A DNA stretch of 62,503 nucleotides, the filler included. It is 6 parts of 6 records of this genome, joined end to end, with 100 filler letters (N's around TTAATTAATTAA, not from the genome) between each part and the next. Parts side by side here need not be neighbours in the genome. Positions count along the whole stretch, not along the records: positions 49,523 to 62,503 come from SRR31156797_9222; 5 more parts are not named here. One strand, 5' to 3'. Below the pieces are notes generated by a model. That model did no database searches. It was not told where the DNA came from and worked only from the letters and a program-made list of their open reading frames with translations. Numbering within the stretch: position 1 is the stretch's first letter; each line of letters opens with the position of its first letter. Shown piece after piece: positions 51,990 through 60,536 of the stretch. A program made the translations under genes and the position numbers.

Positions 51990-54056
51990 ATGAAAATATT
52001 TGATACCAAAAACTTAGTTGATTTGATAAAAACAAATCAACAATACATTAGTTTAAAAATAAAACACGCAAAAGACAATAACCTAGATCACATCCAAATA
52101 AAAGGATACAAATTCTACTTTAGAAATAAAAAAGTAGGAAAAGGTTATGAGTTTTGTGAAGTGCCATTTGATGAGCTGTTAGAGTTCTCCTTATCTGACA
52201 GCTTATCAAATGATACTTTTGTGTCTCAAATAAGAGTGGAGCACGTTAAAAAAGATATTGATACTGCAAGTGAAGTGAAGATCAGTAGATTAAGTGTGCA
52301 AAAAAGAAGAGAATTAGATCTTAAAGAGAAGTGTGTAAAAGCTTATCTTGAAAATAAATCGGATATCACCCAAAGGCTGGAAATGCCAATATTTATTGAT
52401 AGATTTTGTTTTGAAAATAAAGAGCTTATCGATGCAGTTGGGTTACAGATCAATAAAACTAGCATTGGAAGATGGACCAAAAAATATCTAAAGAGTGGAA
52501 AAGATGGGCTTATTACTGCAAGGGGATCTAAAAAAGGGAAAAATAGAACCGTTCCAACCTGGGCCATGGAGTTCGTGGAAGAGATGTTCTTTTATAAAAG
52601 GGGAAATATCACCGCTAAGAACCTTTTTAGTCTTGTAAATGCAGAGGCTTATACAAAAGGTGAGATCTCTAAAGAGGATTTTAAAAAGACTGATAGAGAG
52701 CTTGGTGGTATCATTAGTTATAACAGGGTAAAAGTGATCCTAAGAGAGCTTAAAGATACGAAAAAATACAGATATCTTATTAACCCAGATGCTTTTAAAA
52801 ATAGTTACTTACCTGCTTTTGGAGATATGAGAGAAAAAGCACAGCGTGCCAACCAATATTGGGAGATAGATAGTACCAAACTTGATGCTTTTGGAAAAGA
52901 CGGTAGTGGGGAGAGTACTTGGAATCTTATCTCAATTAGTGATATAGCTACAGGTATGAAAGTATTAACTATTGCTAAGACTTCAAACTCTAACGCAGTG
53001 GCTGAACTGATCTATAAAGCTATCAATAAACTTGGACTTCCTGAGAATATCGTAACAGATAACGGAAAAGACTATTTATCAAATCATATAGTAACCTTAC
53101 TTGAAAAGTTAGGAATCCATCAAATAAGAACCGCACCGTTTGCAGGGGAGCAAAAACCATTTGTAGAGCGACACTTTGGAACGCTTCAAAATAGCTTTAC
53201 AGAGCTTTTAAATGGGTATAAAGGTCATAATGTAGCACAATTTAAGGCGATACAGTCTCAGACTTCAACTGCTGATCGAATAAGCGGTAATAAACCTGAA
53301 AAAAATACAGAATTTATCTATGAGATATCAACTATGATTGATGAGTGGATAGATAACGTATATTCTAAACAATACAATAAAGGGCTACAAGCAACACCTT
53401 ATGAAGCATATCTAAGAGATGAAGAGTTTATCTCACGAATAGATATCCAAAAACTTGCTTTTATATTCGGTAAACAAAAAGAGGTAACTATCGGTAAAAA
53501 AGGTATTAGACTCAATAATAAAGTATATAACTTTAGTGATGGATCACTTGCTAAATATATCGGTGATAAATGTATCTTAGCACTTGATTTTATAGATATC
53601 TCTAAAGGATACCTATTTGATATCAACGGTGACTTTATCTCAATGGTAACAGATGAGAAGATCTCAAAAGAAGCAGCACTTGAAGCTAAAGCAATCTATA
53701 AACATGAAGTAAAAGCCTTAGAAAAAGAGCATAAGAAACTGGCTAAAAAATATAAAGATACTAACCTTGTCAATTCTATTATAGAGGTGCATAAAGAAGT
53801 ATATAAAGATAGTAGACCTATTGAGTCAATCGGTGGAGCTGCTATCACTCAAAATAGTGGAAATATCAAACACTTAAATAATATATCACAGAAAATAGAA
53901 GAGCAGCTTGATAGACACCAAACAATAAATTCTAAACCTGATCTTGAGATCCGTGAAAGATCATTGGATCTTATCATCAAAGAGAAAGAGGAACAAAAAG
54001 CTAAAAAGCCAGTGATAAGTTATGAAGAGCTTTTTGAACGTGAAGCGATGGCATAA
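51990..54056 (+). CDS. MuA-like DDE transposase
   Basis: DDE triad in WEIDST, IVTDNGKDY and QKPFVERHF, plus a Mu-type C-terminal barrel (VTIGKKGIRLNNKVY). 688 aa. Confidence 0.92.
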   Translation: MKIFDTKNLVDLIKTNQQYISLKIKHAKDNNLDHIQIKGYKFYFRNKKVGKGYEFCEVPFDELLEFSLSDSLSNDTFVSQIRVEHVKKDIDTASEVKISRLSVQKRRELDLKEKCVKAYLENKSDITQRLEMPIFIDRFCFENKELIDAVGLQINKTSIGRWTKKYLKSGKDGLITARGSKKGKNRTVPTWAMEFVEEMFFYKRGNITAKNLFSLVNAEAYTKGEISKEDFKKTDRELGGIISYNRVKVILRELKDTKKYRYLINPDAFKNSYLPAFGDMREKAQRANQYWEIDSTKLDAFGKDGSGESTWNLISISDIATGMKVLTIAKTSNSNAVAELIYKAINKLGLPENIVTDNGKDYLSNHIVTLLEKLGIHQIRTAPFAGEQKPFVERHFGTLQNSFTELLNGYKGHNVAQFKAIQSQTSTADRISGNKPEKNTEFIYEISTMIDEWIDNVYSKQYNKGLQATPYEAYLRDEEFISRIDIQKLAFIFGKQKEVTIGKKGIRLNNKVYNFSDGSLAKYIGDKCILALDFIDISKGYLFDINGDFISMVTDEKISKEAALEAKAIYKHEVKALEKEHKKLAKKYKDTNLVNSIIEVHKEVYKDSRPIESIGGAAITQNSGNIKHLNNISQKIEEQLDRHQTINSKPDLEIRERSLDLIIKEKEEQKAKKPVISYEELFEREAMA

Positions 54057-54214
54057 ATTTAAAAAAGTGAATAATGTTCACCTTTTTAAGTTTATGATTG
54101 ACAACTGTTTTACAACCGTTAAAACACTTATAGAGCCTTTAAATAAAGGAAATATAAAAAACGGTTGTGTCGATTGTGTTGGTTGTAGACTGAAATAAAA
54201 TGAAAGGATAAACG

Positions 54215-55093
54215 GTGATTGGAACTACTAGAGAGTTTTTGAAAAAACATAATCAAACTCAAAAATGGTTAGCAATGAATATAGATGTAAGTGATGCACA
54301 AATTTCTACTTTCTTGGCAGGAACGTATAAAGGCAATGTGCAAAACTTAGAATCAAAGCTTAAAAACTTTATTGAGAATTTTATCCCAAACGTTGTTAAA
54401 AGTCAAGATATGGAGTTTTTTATCAATAACGGTAATACAAAAGCTATCCACTATATTATGAAAAAAGCAGTGGAGCAGGTAAGATTATCGGCAATAACTG
54501 GCAATGCTGGGTATGGTAAAACAACTGCTGCTAAAAGGTTTATAAAAAATAGACCTGAAGCTATCTATATAAAGGCTAATAACCTTGATACCACAAAAGA
54601 CTTTTTAGAGATGATCTGTAAAGAGCTTAATATCAAAATAGAGAAACGTGGTAAAGAGATGTATAACAGCGTAGTGGTAACACTGGGGAAAATCAATAAG
54701 TTTATCGTGATCGATGAAGCGGAGTGGTTAAAAGATAAAACCCTTGATGTGGTTCGTAACATTTGGGAAGAGTCAAAGACTCCAATAATATTGATCGGTA
54801 CATTAAACCTTAAGCAAAATCTTAAAGGTACACGTGGAGAGCTTGATTATGTGGATAATAGGATAAGGGGAAGATATACATTAGAGAGTTTGAGTGATGA
54901 GGATCTATTAAACGTATGTACCCATTATGGTGTTTCAAAAGATGGAATGGAGAGGGTTAAAACTTTAGCATGTGGAAACTTTAGAGAGACAATCTTTTTA
55001 CTTGAAGAGGCAAAAGAGCTTGCACAAAGTTTTAATATAGATCTCATAGATAGTGAAGTGATTAATGAAGCTTCAAAAATGGCTTTTGGGTGA
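54215..55093 (+). CDS. MuB-like AAA+ transposition ATPase
   Basis: N-terminal HTH, Walker A GNAGYGKT, Walker B IVIDEAE, IILIG and GNFR. Directly after the transposase. Confidence 0.9.
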   Translation: MIGTTREFLKKHNQTQKWLAMNIDVSDAQISTFLAGTYKGNVQNLESKLKNFIENFIPNVVKSQDMEFFINNGNTKAIHYIMKKAVEQVRLSAITGNAGYGKTTAAKRFIKNRPEAIYIKANNLDTTKDFLEMICKELNIKIEKRGKEMYNSVVVTLGKINKFIVIDEAEWLKDKTLDVVRNIWEESKTPIILIGTLNLKQNLKGTRGELDYVDNRIRGRYTLESLSDEDLLNVCTHYGVSKDGMERVKTLACGNFRETIFLLEEAKELAQSFNIDLIDSEVINEASKMAFG

Positions 55094-55227
55094 GATGGTG
55101 AATAGTTTAAAAATACGGGCTTTTTTTACTGTATGTAACTTATGGTATGGAAAAAAAGAGTTTTTAAGTTCTCGTAGATTTTAAACATATTTTAAACGGT
55201 ATTACAGATTATGAAGGAGTTAATAAA

Positions 55228-55485
55228 ATGGAAGAGTTAAAAACTGCTGGAGCAATTTTTGATCAATTGGAAAATATAAGAAGAAAACAAATGTATCTTA
55301 ATGTTGTATCAATGACACATATGGAAATGGTATTAGATGGTAAATTATGTTTAGATAGAGATGAGATGACAGGAAGACACTCTTTATTATTAGAGATGGA
55401 AAAAGAGTTTGATGATGTGATGAAATCATTTGATCATATCCTATTAGGAGGGAAAGTAAAATGCAAGAATATAGAGAACAATTAA
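55228..55485 (+). CDS. Hypothetical protein (85 aa)
   Basis: RBS AAGGAG. Co-oriented in the early operon. Confidence 0.7.
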   Translation: MEELKTAGAIFDQLENIRRKQMYLNVVSMTHMEMVLDGKLCLDRDEMTGRHSLLLEMEKEFDDVMKSFDHILLGGKVKCKNIENN

Positions 55486-55706
55486 CTAGCCTAGTTGATG
55501 ATGCAAGTGATGCTATATCAATGAGTATTGCAACTATAGAGATGTATAACCTTATGCTTAAAAATAAAGATGAGATCTTTGGGTTAAGTCCAGAGGGTGC
55601 GGAACTTATTGCAATAGAGACAAATGAAAAGTTGGAGTTCTTAAGAGCTGCACTTATAAGGTTTGCTAGAGGTGATCAAGATGACACAGATAAAATATCC
55701 AACTAA
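55461..55706 (+). CDS. Hypothetical protein (81 aa)
   Basis: RBS GGAGG. Overlaps both neighbours. Confidence 0.7.
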   Translation: MQEYREQLTSLVDDASDAISMSIATIEMYNLMLKNKDEIFGLSPEGAELIAIETNEKLEFLRAALIRFARGDQDDTDKISN

Positions 55707-56160
55707 AGAGATCACAAAACCACAGATCAGGAAGATCCATACTTTAGTAAGTAGTATTGGATTGAATGATGATTACTACAGAGCTTTATTATCAAGATTT
55801 GGGGTTGAATCATCAAAAGAGCTTAATAGAGAAAAAGCAGCACGTCTTATTGATATATTGGTTGATATTGAAATGGAGCAATTATCAAGAAGTCAAACTC
55901 AAAAGCCTACAGGGGTACAACTCCAAGGTAGGCTTGTATATTTCAATAGAGCAGGAAAAGCAACAGATAGTCAAATAGATTATATGACAGGGCTTTGGGT
56001 AAAACTATCTAAGGTTAAAACCTATGAAAGCTTTATGTGGTTTGCTAGAAAAATAACAGGTGTACTTTATCTCCATATTGAGAGTTTAAAAGTTCAAGAG
56101 GCAAGTAAGGTGATATCCGTATTAGAGAAGTGGAATAAGCAAAAAGAGATCAAAAAATAA
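55681..56160 (+). CDS. gemA: GemA/Gp16-like (DUF1018) Mu-phage protein
   Basis: QIRKIHTLVSSIGLNDDYYRALL...G..SSKEL and C-terminal ASKVISVLEKW. Position before mor matches transposable phages. Confidence 0.8.
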   Translation: MTQIKYPTKEITKPQIRKIHTLVSSIGLNDDYYRALLSRFGVESSKELNREKAARLIDILVDIEMEQLSRSQTQKPTGVQLQGRLVYFNRAGKATDSQIDYMTGLWVKLSKVKTYESFMWFARKITGVLYLHIESLKVQEASKVISVLEKWNKQKEIKK

Positions 56161-56187
56161 GTTTGGCGACTTGCTGATCTCTTTTTG
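56140..56187 (+). terminator. 13-bp inverted repeat between gemA and mor
   Basis: CAAAAAGAGATCA-N22-TGATCTCTTTTTG perfect stem spanning the gemA stop codon. Confidence 0.55.
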
Positions 56188-56251
56188 TAAAGCATTATAA
56201 TTGAAAACTCAACTTTGTGAAAATATATCAAAATACAAAGGGTTTGTCAAT

Positions 56252-56539
56252 ATGCTGGTTGTTACTAATTATGAATTGTTTGAAGAGCTTTATAAGTTTA
56301 TCCAAGAGGGGAACACTTTAGAAGAGACCATTAAAGAGTACGGCGGAGGTACTTATTATATCCCATCTTATAAAACAGTATGTCGAAATGATGAGATCAT
56401 ACAAGACTATCTTACAATGCTCCAAAACGGTGATAAACAAATCACTAGAAAGCTCTCAAAAAAATATGAACTTGGTACACGGCAAATACAAAATATTATC
56501 AAAGAATACAAAGAGGAGGTAAGCGAAAAAAACACCTAA
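56252..56539 (+). CDS. mor: Mor/C family transcription activator
   Basis: YGGGTYYIP, RNDEIIQDY and HTH RKLSKKYELGTRQIQNII. Start could alternatively be 56201. Confidence 0.85.
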   Translation: MLVVTNYELFEELYKFIQEGNTLEETIKEYGGGTYYIPSYKTVCRNDEIIQDYLTMLQNGDKQITRKLSKKYELGTRQIQNIIKEYKEEVSEKNT

Positions 56540-56602
56540 CACCTAATCACATTTTAAAACCAAAAAACGAATAAAACAATAAAAAAAGAGAGGAAATAAA
56601 AA

Positions 56603-57616
56603 ATGACAACATTAGAGTTGATTGAACTATGGACAGCAAAAGACACGACAAAAAGTCTTAATCAAATTAAAGATACGGATACCTTTATATATTCGTTATT
56701 CTTTAAAAGTAATATGGAGGGTAAAAAATCCAATAAAGTGGAGATACCTATTAAAAGAGGTAGTGGTATTATTCTCACATCTGTTAGCCCTACGGATGAG
56801 CATTTAGTAAAAGATAGAGCAGATGAATATTTACTTGATCTTACATTACCTAGATTCCCTTTGATGGATACAATTACAGCAGCTGCACTTAATGATCTTA
56901 AATCGTTTGATACTCCAGATCAAAAAGCGGAACTAGCAACAATGATTGGAAATATCCAAAAAGATCATTTGAGTAGCTTTTTAACTACTTTAGAATATAT
57001 GGCAGCAGGTTCACTGTTTGGTAAGATCATGGACGGTGAGGGTAAGATCTTATTTGAATTTAAAGGGGAAAATGACACTATAGAGGTAAAGTCAAATGAA
57101 GATCCTATTAACTTCTTAAGAACCATAGATAAAAAACTGGTTGCAGAGCTTGGAAAGAACTCAACTTATACAGGGCTTGCAAGTGATGAGTTTATGGATA
57201 ACCTTTGGGGATTGTGTAAGACTTTAAGTCTTGATGAAAAAGAGCAGGCAAGATGGGTTGAGAAAGATGATAGAAGATGCTTAGAGGTATATAGTACAAT
57301 TATCTATCCATATTCAGCTACATATAAAAACTTAGAGGGTGAAGAGAAAAGGTTTATTCCTGAAAATGAAGCGGTATTTGTACCAAAAGTAAAAGATGCT
57401 TTTACTACATACTACGGTAGAGCTGATCACGTTGAAGCAGTTTCAAAAGCACCTATTCAATTCTTTGGAGCACTTGATCCATTGCCAAAAGGTGTTGGGT
57501 ATTCTGTATTAAGTGAGATGAAATCTATCCCAGTATGTCACAGACCATCAGCTGTTATTAAAACTAAATGGATTGAAGTTATAGAAGAGCCAGTGGAAGA
57601 GGAACCTGTAGAATGA
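56603..57616 (+). CDS. Major capsid protein (lambda gpE-like family)
   Basis: 337 aa next to a prohead protease, with RBS GAGG. LTSVSP, TLPRF, TLEYMAAGSLFGKI, FIPENEAVF and ESKSIP-like EMKSIPVCHRPSAV fit gpE-type capsids (recognition, not a search). Confidence 0.75.
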   Translation: MTTLELIELWTAKDTTKSLNQIKDTDTFIYSLFFKSNMEGKKSNKVEIPIKRGSGIILTSVSPTDEHLVKDRADEYLLDLTLPRFPLMDTITAAALNDLKSFDTPDQKAELATMIGNIQKDHLSSFLTTLEYMAAGSLFGKIMDGEGKILFEFKGENDTIEVKSNEDPINFLRTIDKKLVAELGKNSTYTGLASDEFMDNLWGLCKTLSLDEKEQARWVEKDDRRCLEVYSTIIYPYSATYKNLEGEEKRFIPENEAVFVPKVKDAFTTYYGRADHVEAVSKAPIQFFGALDPLPKGVGYSVLSEMKSIPVCHRPSAVIKTKWIEVIEEPVEEEPVE

Positions 57617-58434
57617 GTAGATTATTAGAATTACATAAACTAAGCTATAGCGGTGATTTATCGCTATATGCTTTATCTACTGAACAAAATAACCTATCTA
57701 AGGTTTTAATAGCAGTTCAAGGAGTTTGGCACGGTCATATCAATGGTTCTTTTGAAGTTACCAAAGAGATCATGCAGCAGATGGTAACAAACTTTGATAA
57801 GCAAGGGATAGATACAGTTTGTGATTATGAACATCAAACACTTACAAAAGAAAAAGCTCCAGCAAGTGGTTGGATCAAATCTTTAGTGATTGAAGATGAT
57901 AAACTCTATGCGAATGTAGAGTGGACAGATCAAGCAAAAGAAGAGATCAAGACAAAACAATATAAGTATGTATCACCTGTTTATGATCCTAAAACTATTG
58001 ATCCTAAAAGCGGTGAAGATCTTGGCTGGTCGGTTCATTCTTTATCTTTAACCAATAGACCGTTTTTAGAAGAGCTAGGGGAAGTAATAGCTAATAACAA
58101 TAAAAGCTATATATCTTTGAAAGCTGAGAATGATAAGCTATCTAAGCAGCTTAAAGAAGCTAATGAAACCATTGAATCTTATAAAGAAGATCATGCAGAG
58201 CTAATCGTTAATAATGCTATTAAAGATGGAAAGCTTCATTCAAATCAAAAAGAGTATGCACTCAAACAGGCTAAAGAAGATTTAGAGGGATTTAAAAGCT
58301 TTATATCTAACAATCCAGTGAACCCTTTTGCATTTGATAGAGAAATGTTTGGAGAGTATAACAAAGGCTTTAAACGTCATAGTGGCAGTGATATTGATGA
58401 TATGGTTGCAATCGCTTCTAAGGTGAATGGATGA
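57613..58434 (+). CDS. Mu-like prohead protease/scaffold (gpI)
   Basis: DYEHQT, APASGWI, LYANVEWT, YKYVSP and LSLTNRPFL, then a coiled coil and VNNAIKDGKL. Confidence 0.9.
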   Translation: MSRLLELHKLSYSGDLSLYALSTEQNNLSKVLIAVQGVWHGHINGSFEVTKEIMQQMVTNFDKQGIDTVCDYEHQTLTKEKAPASGWIKSLVIEDDKLYANVEWTDQAKEEIKTKQYKYVSPVYDPKTIDPKSGEDLGWSVHSLSLTNRPFLEELGEVIANNNKSYISLKAENDKLSKQLKEANETIESYKEDHAELIVNNAIKDGKLHSNQKEYALKQAKEDLEGFKSFISNNPVNPFAFDREMFGEYNKGFKRHSGSDIDDMVAIASKVNG

Positions 58435-58694
58435 ATATAATAAGAGAGTACTCAGATGAGCAAGGGGATTTCGTTTCAATGCCTAACTTAATAGGTAAAG
58501 TGCAAGGACTCAGGACGTTGCCCCTCTCGTCTAACCGTTACACTTCTCTCTTATCTTTGTATCAAAAGATCAAAGTAAGGTTAGAATGGTGTTTTCGAAG
58601 GGAAGAGCTTACATTTCCTTATTATCACCATTCATCTTTTGAGTTATTAAATCATACATTAACTACTCTTAAAACTCATTTTAAAATCCAATAA
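58431..58694 (+). CDS. Hypothetical ORF near the right end
   Basis: ATGA overlap with the protease stop codon. No recognisable motif. Confidence 0.35.
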   Translation: MNIIREYSDEQGDFVSMPNLIGKVQGLRTLPLSSNRYTSLLSLYQKIKVRLEWCFRREELTFPYYHHSSFELLNHTLTTLKTHFKIQ

Positions 58695-58784
58695 ACTTAT
58701 ATTAAAATAAAGTGTTAATACTAATCTAAAGTTTAAGAAACTTTTTGTAAAACCGTTAAGTTACACTTTTTGCGGTCGGGTACA

Positions 58785-58789
58785 TCAGA
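58785..58789 (+). repeat. Right 5-bp target site duplication (TCAGA)
   Basis: Follows ...GGGTACA and is identical to 50391-50395. Confidence 0.92.
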
Positions 58790-59646
58790 TTATTAATTTT
58801 AAAATTTATAATTCAAACTTTGACAATATTTCAGATTTATATGGTTGTCAATTTACAAAGTTTAAAATAGAAAAAAGTATTTTCAATGATTTTGCAGGTT
58901 TTGAAAACTGTATATTTGGTACAAAAGATAAACTTAAAGAAGAAATAGCGACTTTTAAACATGCCACTTTTAAAGACTCCTTAAACATTAGAGATACAAA
59001 ATTTTTGAGTGGTTTAGATATCAAAAATATAAATTTACAGGGTGAATCAAATTTTTTAAATGCCGATATTGAAACAACTAATACTAATAGAGAAACATTT
59101 AGATCTTTAAAACACTCATTTGATAGTATAAGTAATATTATAGAAGCGAATAAATACTATCAAAAAGAGATGCAAAAAAGGGAAGAAGAATTAAAAGAAA
59201 ATGAATACATTGAATGGATTGTATTTAAACTTCATGGAATTGCATCAAATCATTCTCAAGATTGGCTATTATCTTTATTTTGGATAATTGTAATCGGCTT
59301 TTTATCTGCAACTTATGATTGTTGTATTATTGAACAAAAGTGTACTTACTCTATGTTTTCAGAACCTATATTATACATTTCAAGTTGTTTAGTAATTACA
59401 ATTTTAATCATGAAGTATTGTTTCAATGAAATTTCAAAAATTGTTATTTTAGTTTTTACTTTCTCTTTGTATTTATTTTTGACACTAGACTTAAAGTTTG
59501 AATATCTTGCTAAGACAATTAATCCTTTTTCTGTAATGCTAAGTGGAGATAATTTAGATATAATACAATTTATATTTAAAGTTATAATAGCATATTTAAT
59601 TTATCAATTCATTATATCTATTAGACAAAATACAAGAAGAAAATAA
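58790..59646 (+). pseudogene. 3' part of the interrupted gene (repeats plus C-terminal TM helices)
   Basis: Open frame IINFKIYNSNF...FENCIFG...TFKHATF runs into the 59005-59646 ORF. Confidence 0.88.
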
Positions 59647-59656
59647 GGCAAGAGAG

Positions 59657-60343
59657 ATGCAAAAATTAAATGAACTAACACTAAAACAAAGAGAAGAACT
59701 CTTTAGACAATTAAGAATCTCAATCACTCATCATTCAAATGCAATGGAAGGGACTACATTATCATTTGGAGAAACAAAAGAATTATTAGAACTAGGACAT
59801 ACAGCAGGACATAAACCACTTGGTGAACAACTTGTAATATTAGGTTTTGCAAAAGCTTACGATGTAATCATTCGTGAAGCTACAAACCCACATAATATTA
59901 TAGATAGTAGTTTTATAAAAGATATTCATGCAATCATGTTTGAAGATGCTTTAAAGGTAGCACCTGAGTTTGTATCTAAACCAGTTGGAGCATATAGATT
60001 AGATGAAAGATATATCAAAGGTGTAGATATAAAACTATCTTTACCACATATGATTTCAAACGATATTGAAAATTTACTATACAGAATAAAAAGTAACGAT
60101 ATGAGTTTATTAGATATATCTGATTTTCATATTCAGTTTGAAAGAATACATCCCTTTGCAGATGGCAATGGAAGAGTAGGAAGATTGATAATGGCATATC
60201 AAGCTATACAAAACAATATAGTGCCACCACTTATTGAAAATGAACATAGAGATGACTACTTAAAAGCTATAAATGATAAAGATGATTTATGTGTGTTTCT
60301 TGATGAAAGTATTAAAAAAAGTTTAGAGTTGATAGAGTTATAA
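59657..60343 (+). CDS. Fic-domain AMP transferase with N-terminal inhibitory motif
   Basis: Active motif HPFADGNGRVGR, with SNAMEG matching (S/T)xxxE(G/N). Confidence 0.92.
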   Translation: MQKLNELTLKQREELFRQLRISITHHSNAMEGTTLSFGETKELLELGHTAGHKPLGEQLVILGFAKAYDVIIREATNPHNIIDSSFIKDIHAIMFEDALKVAPEFVSKPVGAYRLDERYIKGVDIKLSLPHMISNDIENLLYRIKSNDMSLLDISDFHIQFERIHPFADGNGRVGRLIMAYQAIQNNIVPPLIENEHRDDYLKAINDKDDLCVFLDESIKKSLELIEL

Positions 60344-60383
60344 ACAAGTAAAAATAAACTTTAATGGTAATTTGAGCATTAAG

Positions 60384-60515
60384 GTACAACAAATCAAAGG
60401 AGATAACAAGATTACACCGCCTAAATATCGAGCTTTTAGTATATAAAATTAGATATATTAAAGATTAAACATCTCTGTAATTATACCACCTTGTATCTCA
60501 CTTCAACCGTTATAT
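60384..60515 (+). repeat. attC-like integron recombination site (132 bp)
   Basis: GTACAAC-N5-AAAGGAGATAACAAG ... CTTGTATCTCACTT-N5-GTTATAT: AAC/GTT cores with an imperfect stem carrying unpaired bases. Confidence 0.72.
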
Positions 60516-60536
60516 GACAAAAGGAACCAATACAAA

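Larger units (their letters stand above)
50396..58784 (+). mobile_element. Complete 8.4-kb Mu-like transposable element with capsid and protease genes (mini-Mu / candidate phage satellite)
   Basis: TGT...ACA ends, 5-bp TSD, and MuA, MuB, GemA, Mor, capsid and protease ORFs. It interrupts a host ORF. Confidence 0.92.

Noticed and set aside
50396-58784. Tn7, CAST or IS21-type element
   Set aside because: TGT/ACA ends and a 5-bp TSD would fit Tn7, but there is no TnsA, TniQ or Cas. GemA, Mor and a Mu-type protease point to a transposable phage lineage.
59005-59646. Independent 213-aa membrane protein
   Set aside because: It is the in-frame 3' portion of the gene interrupted at 50395.
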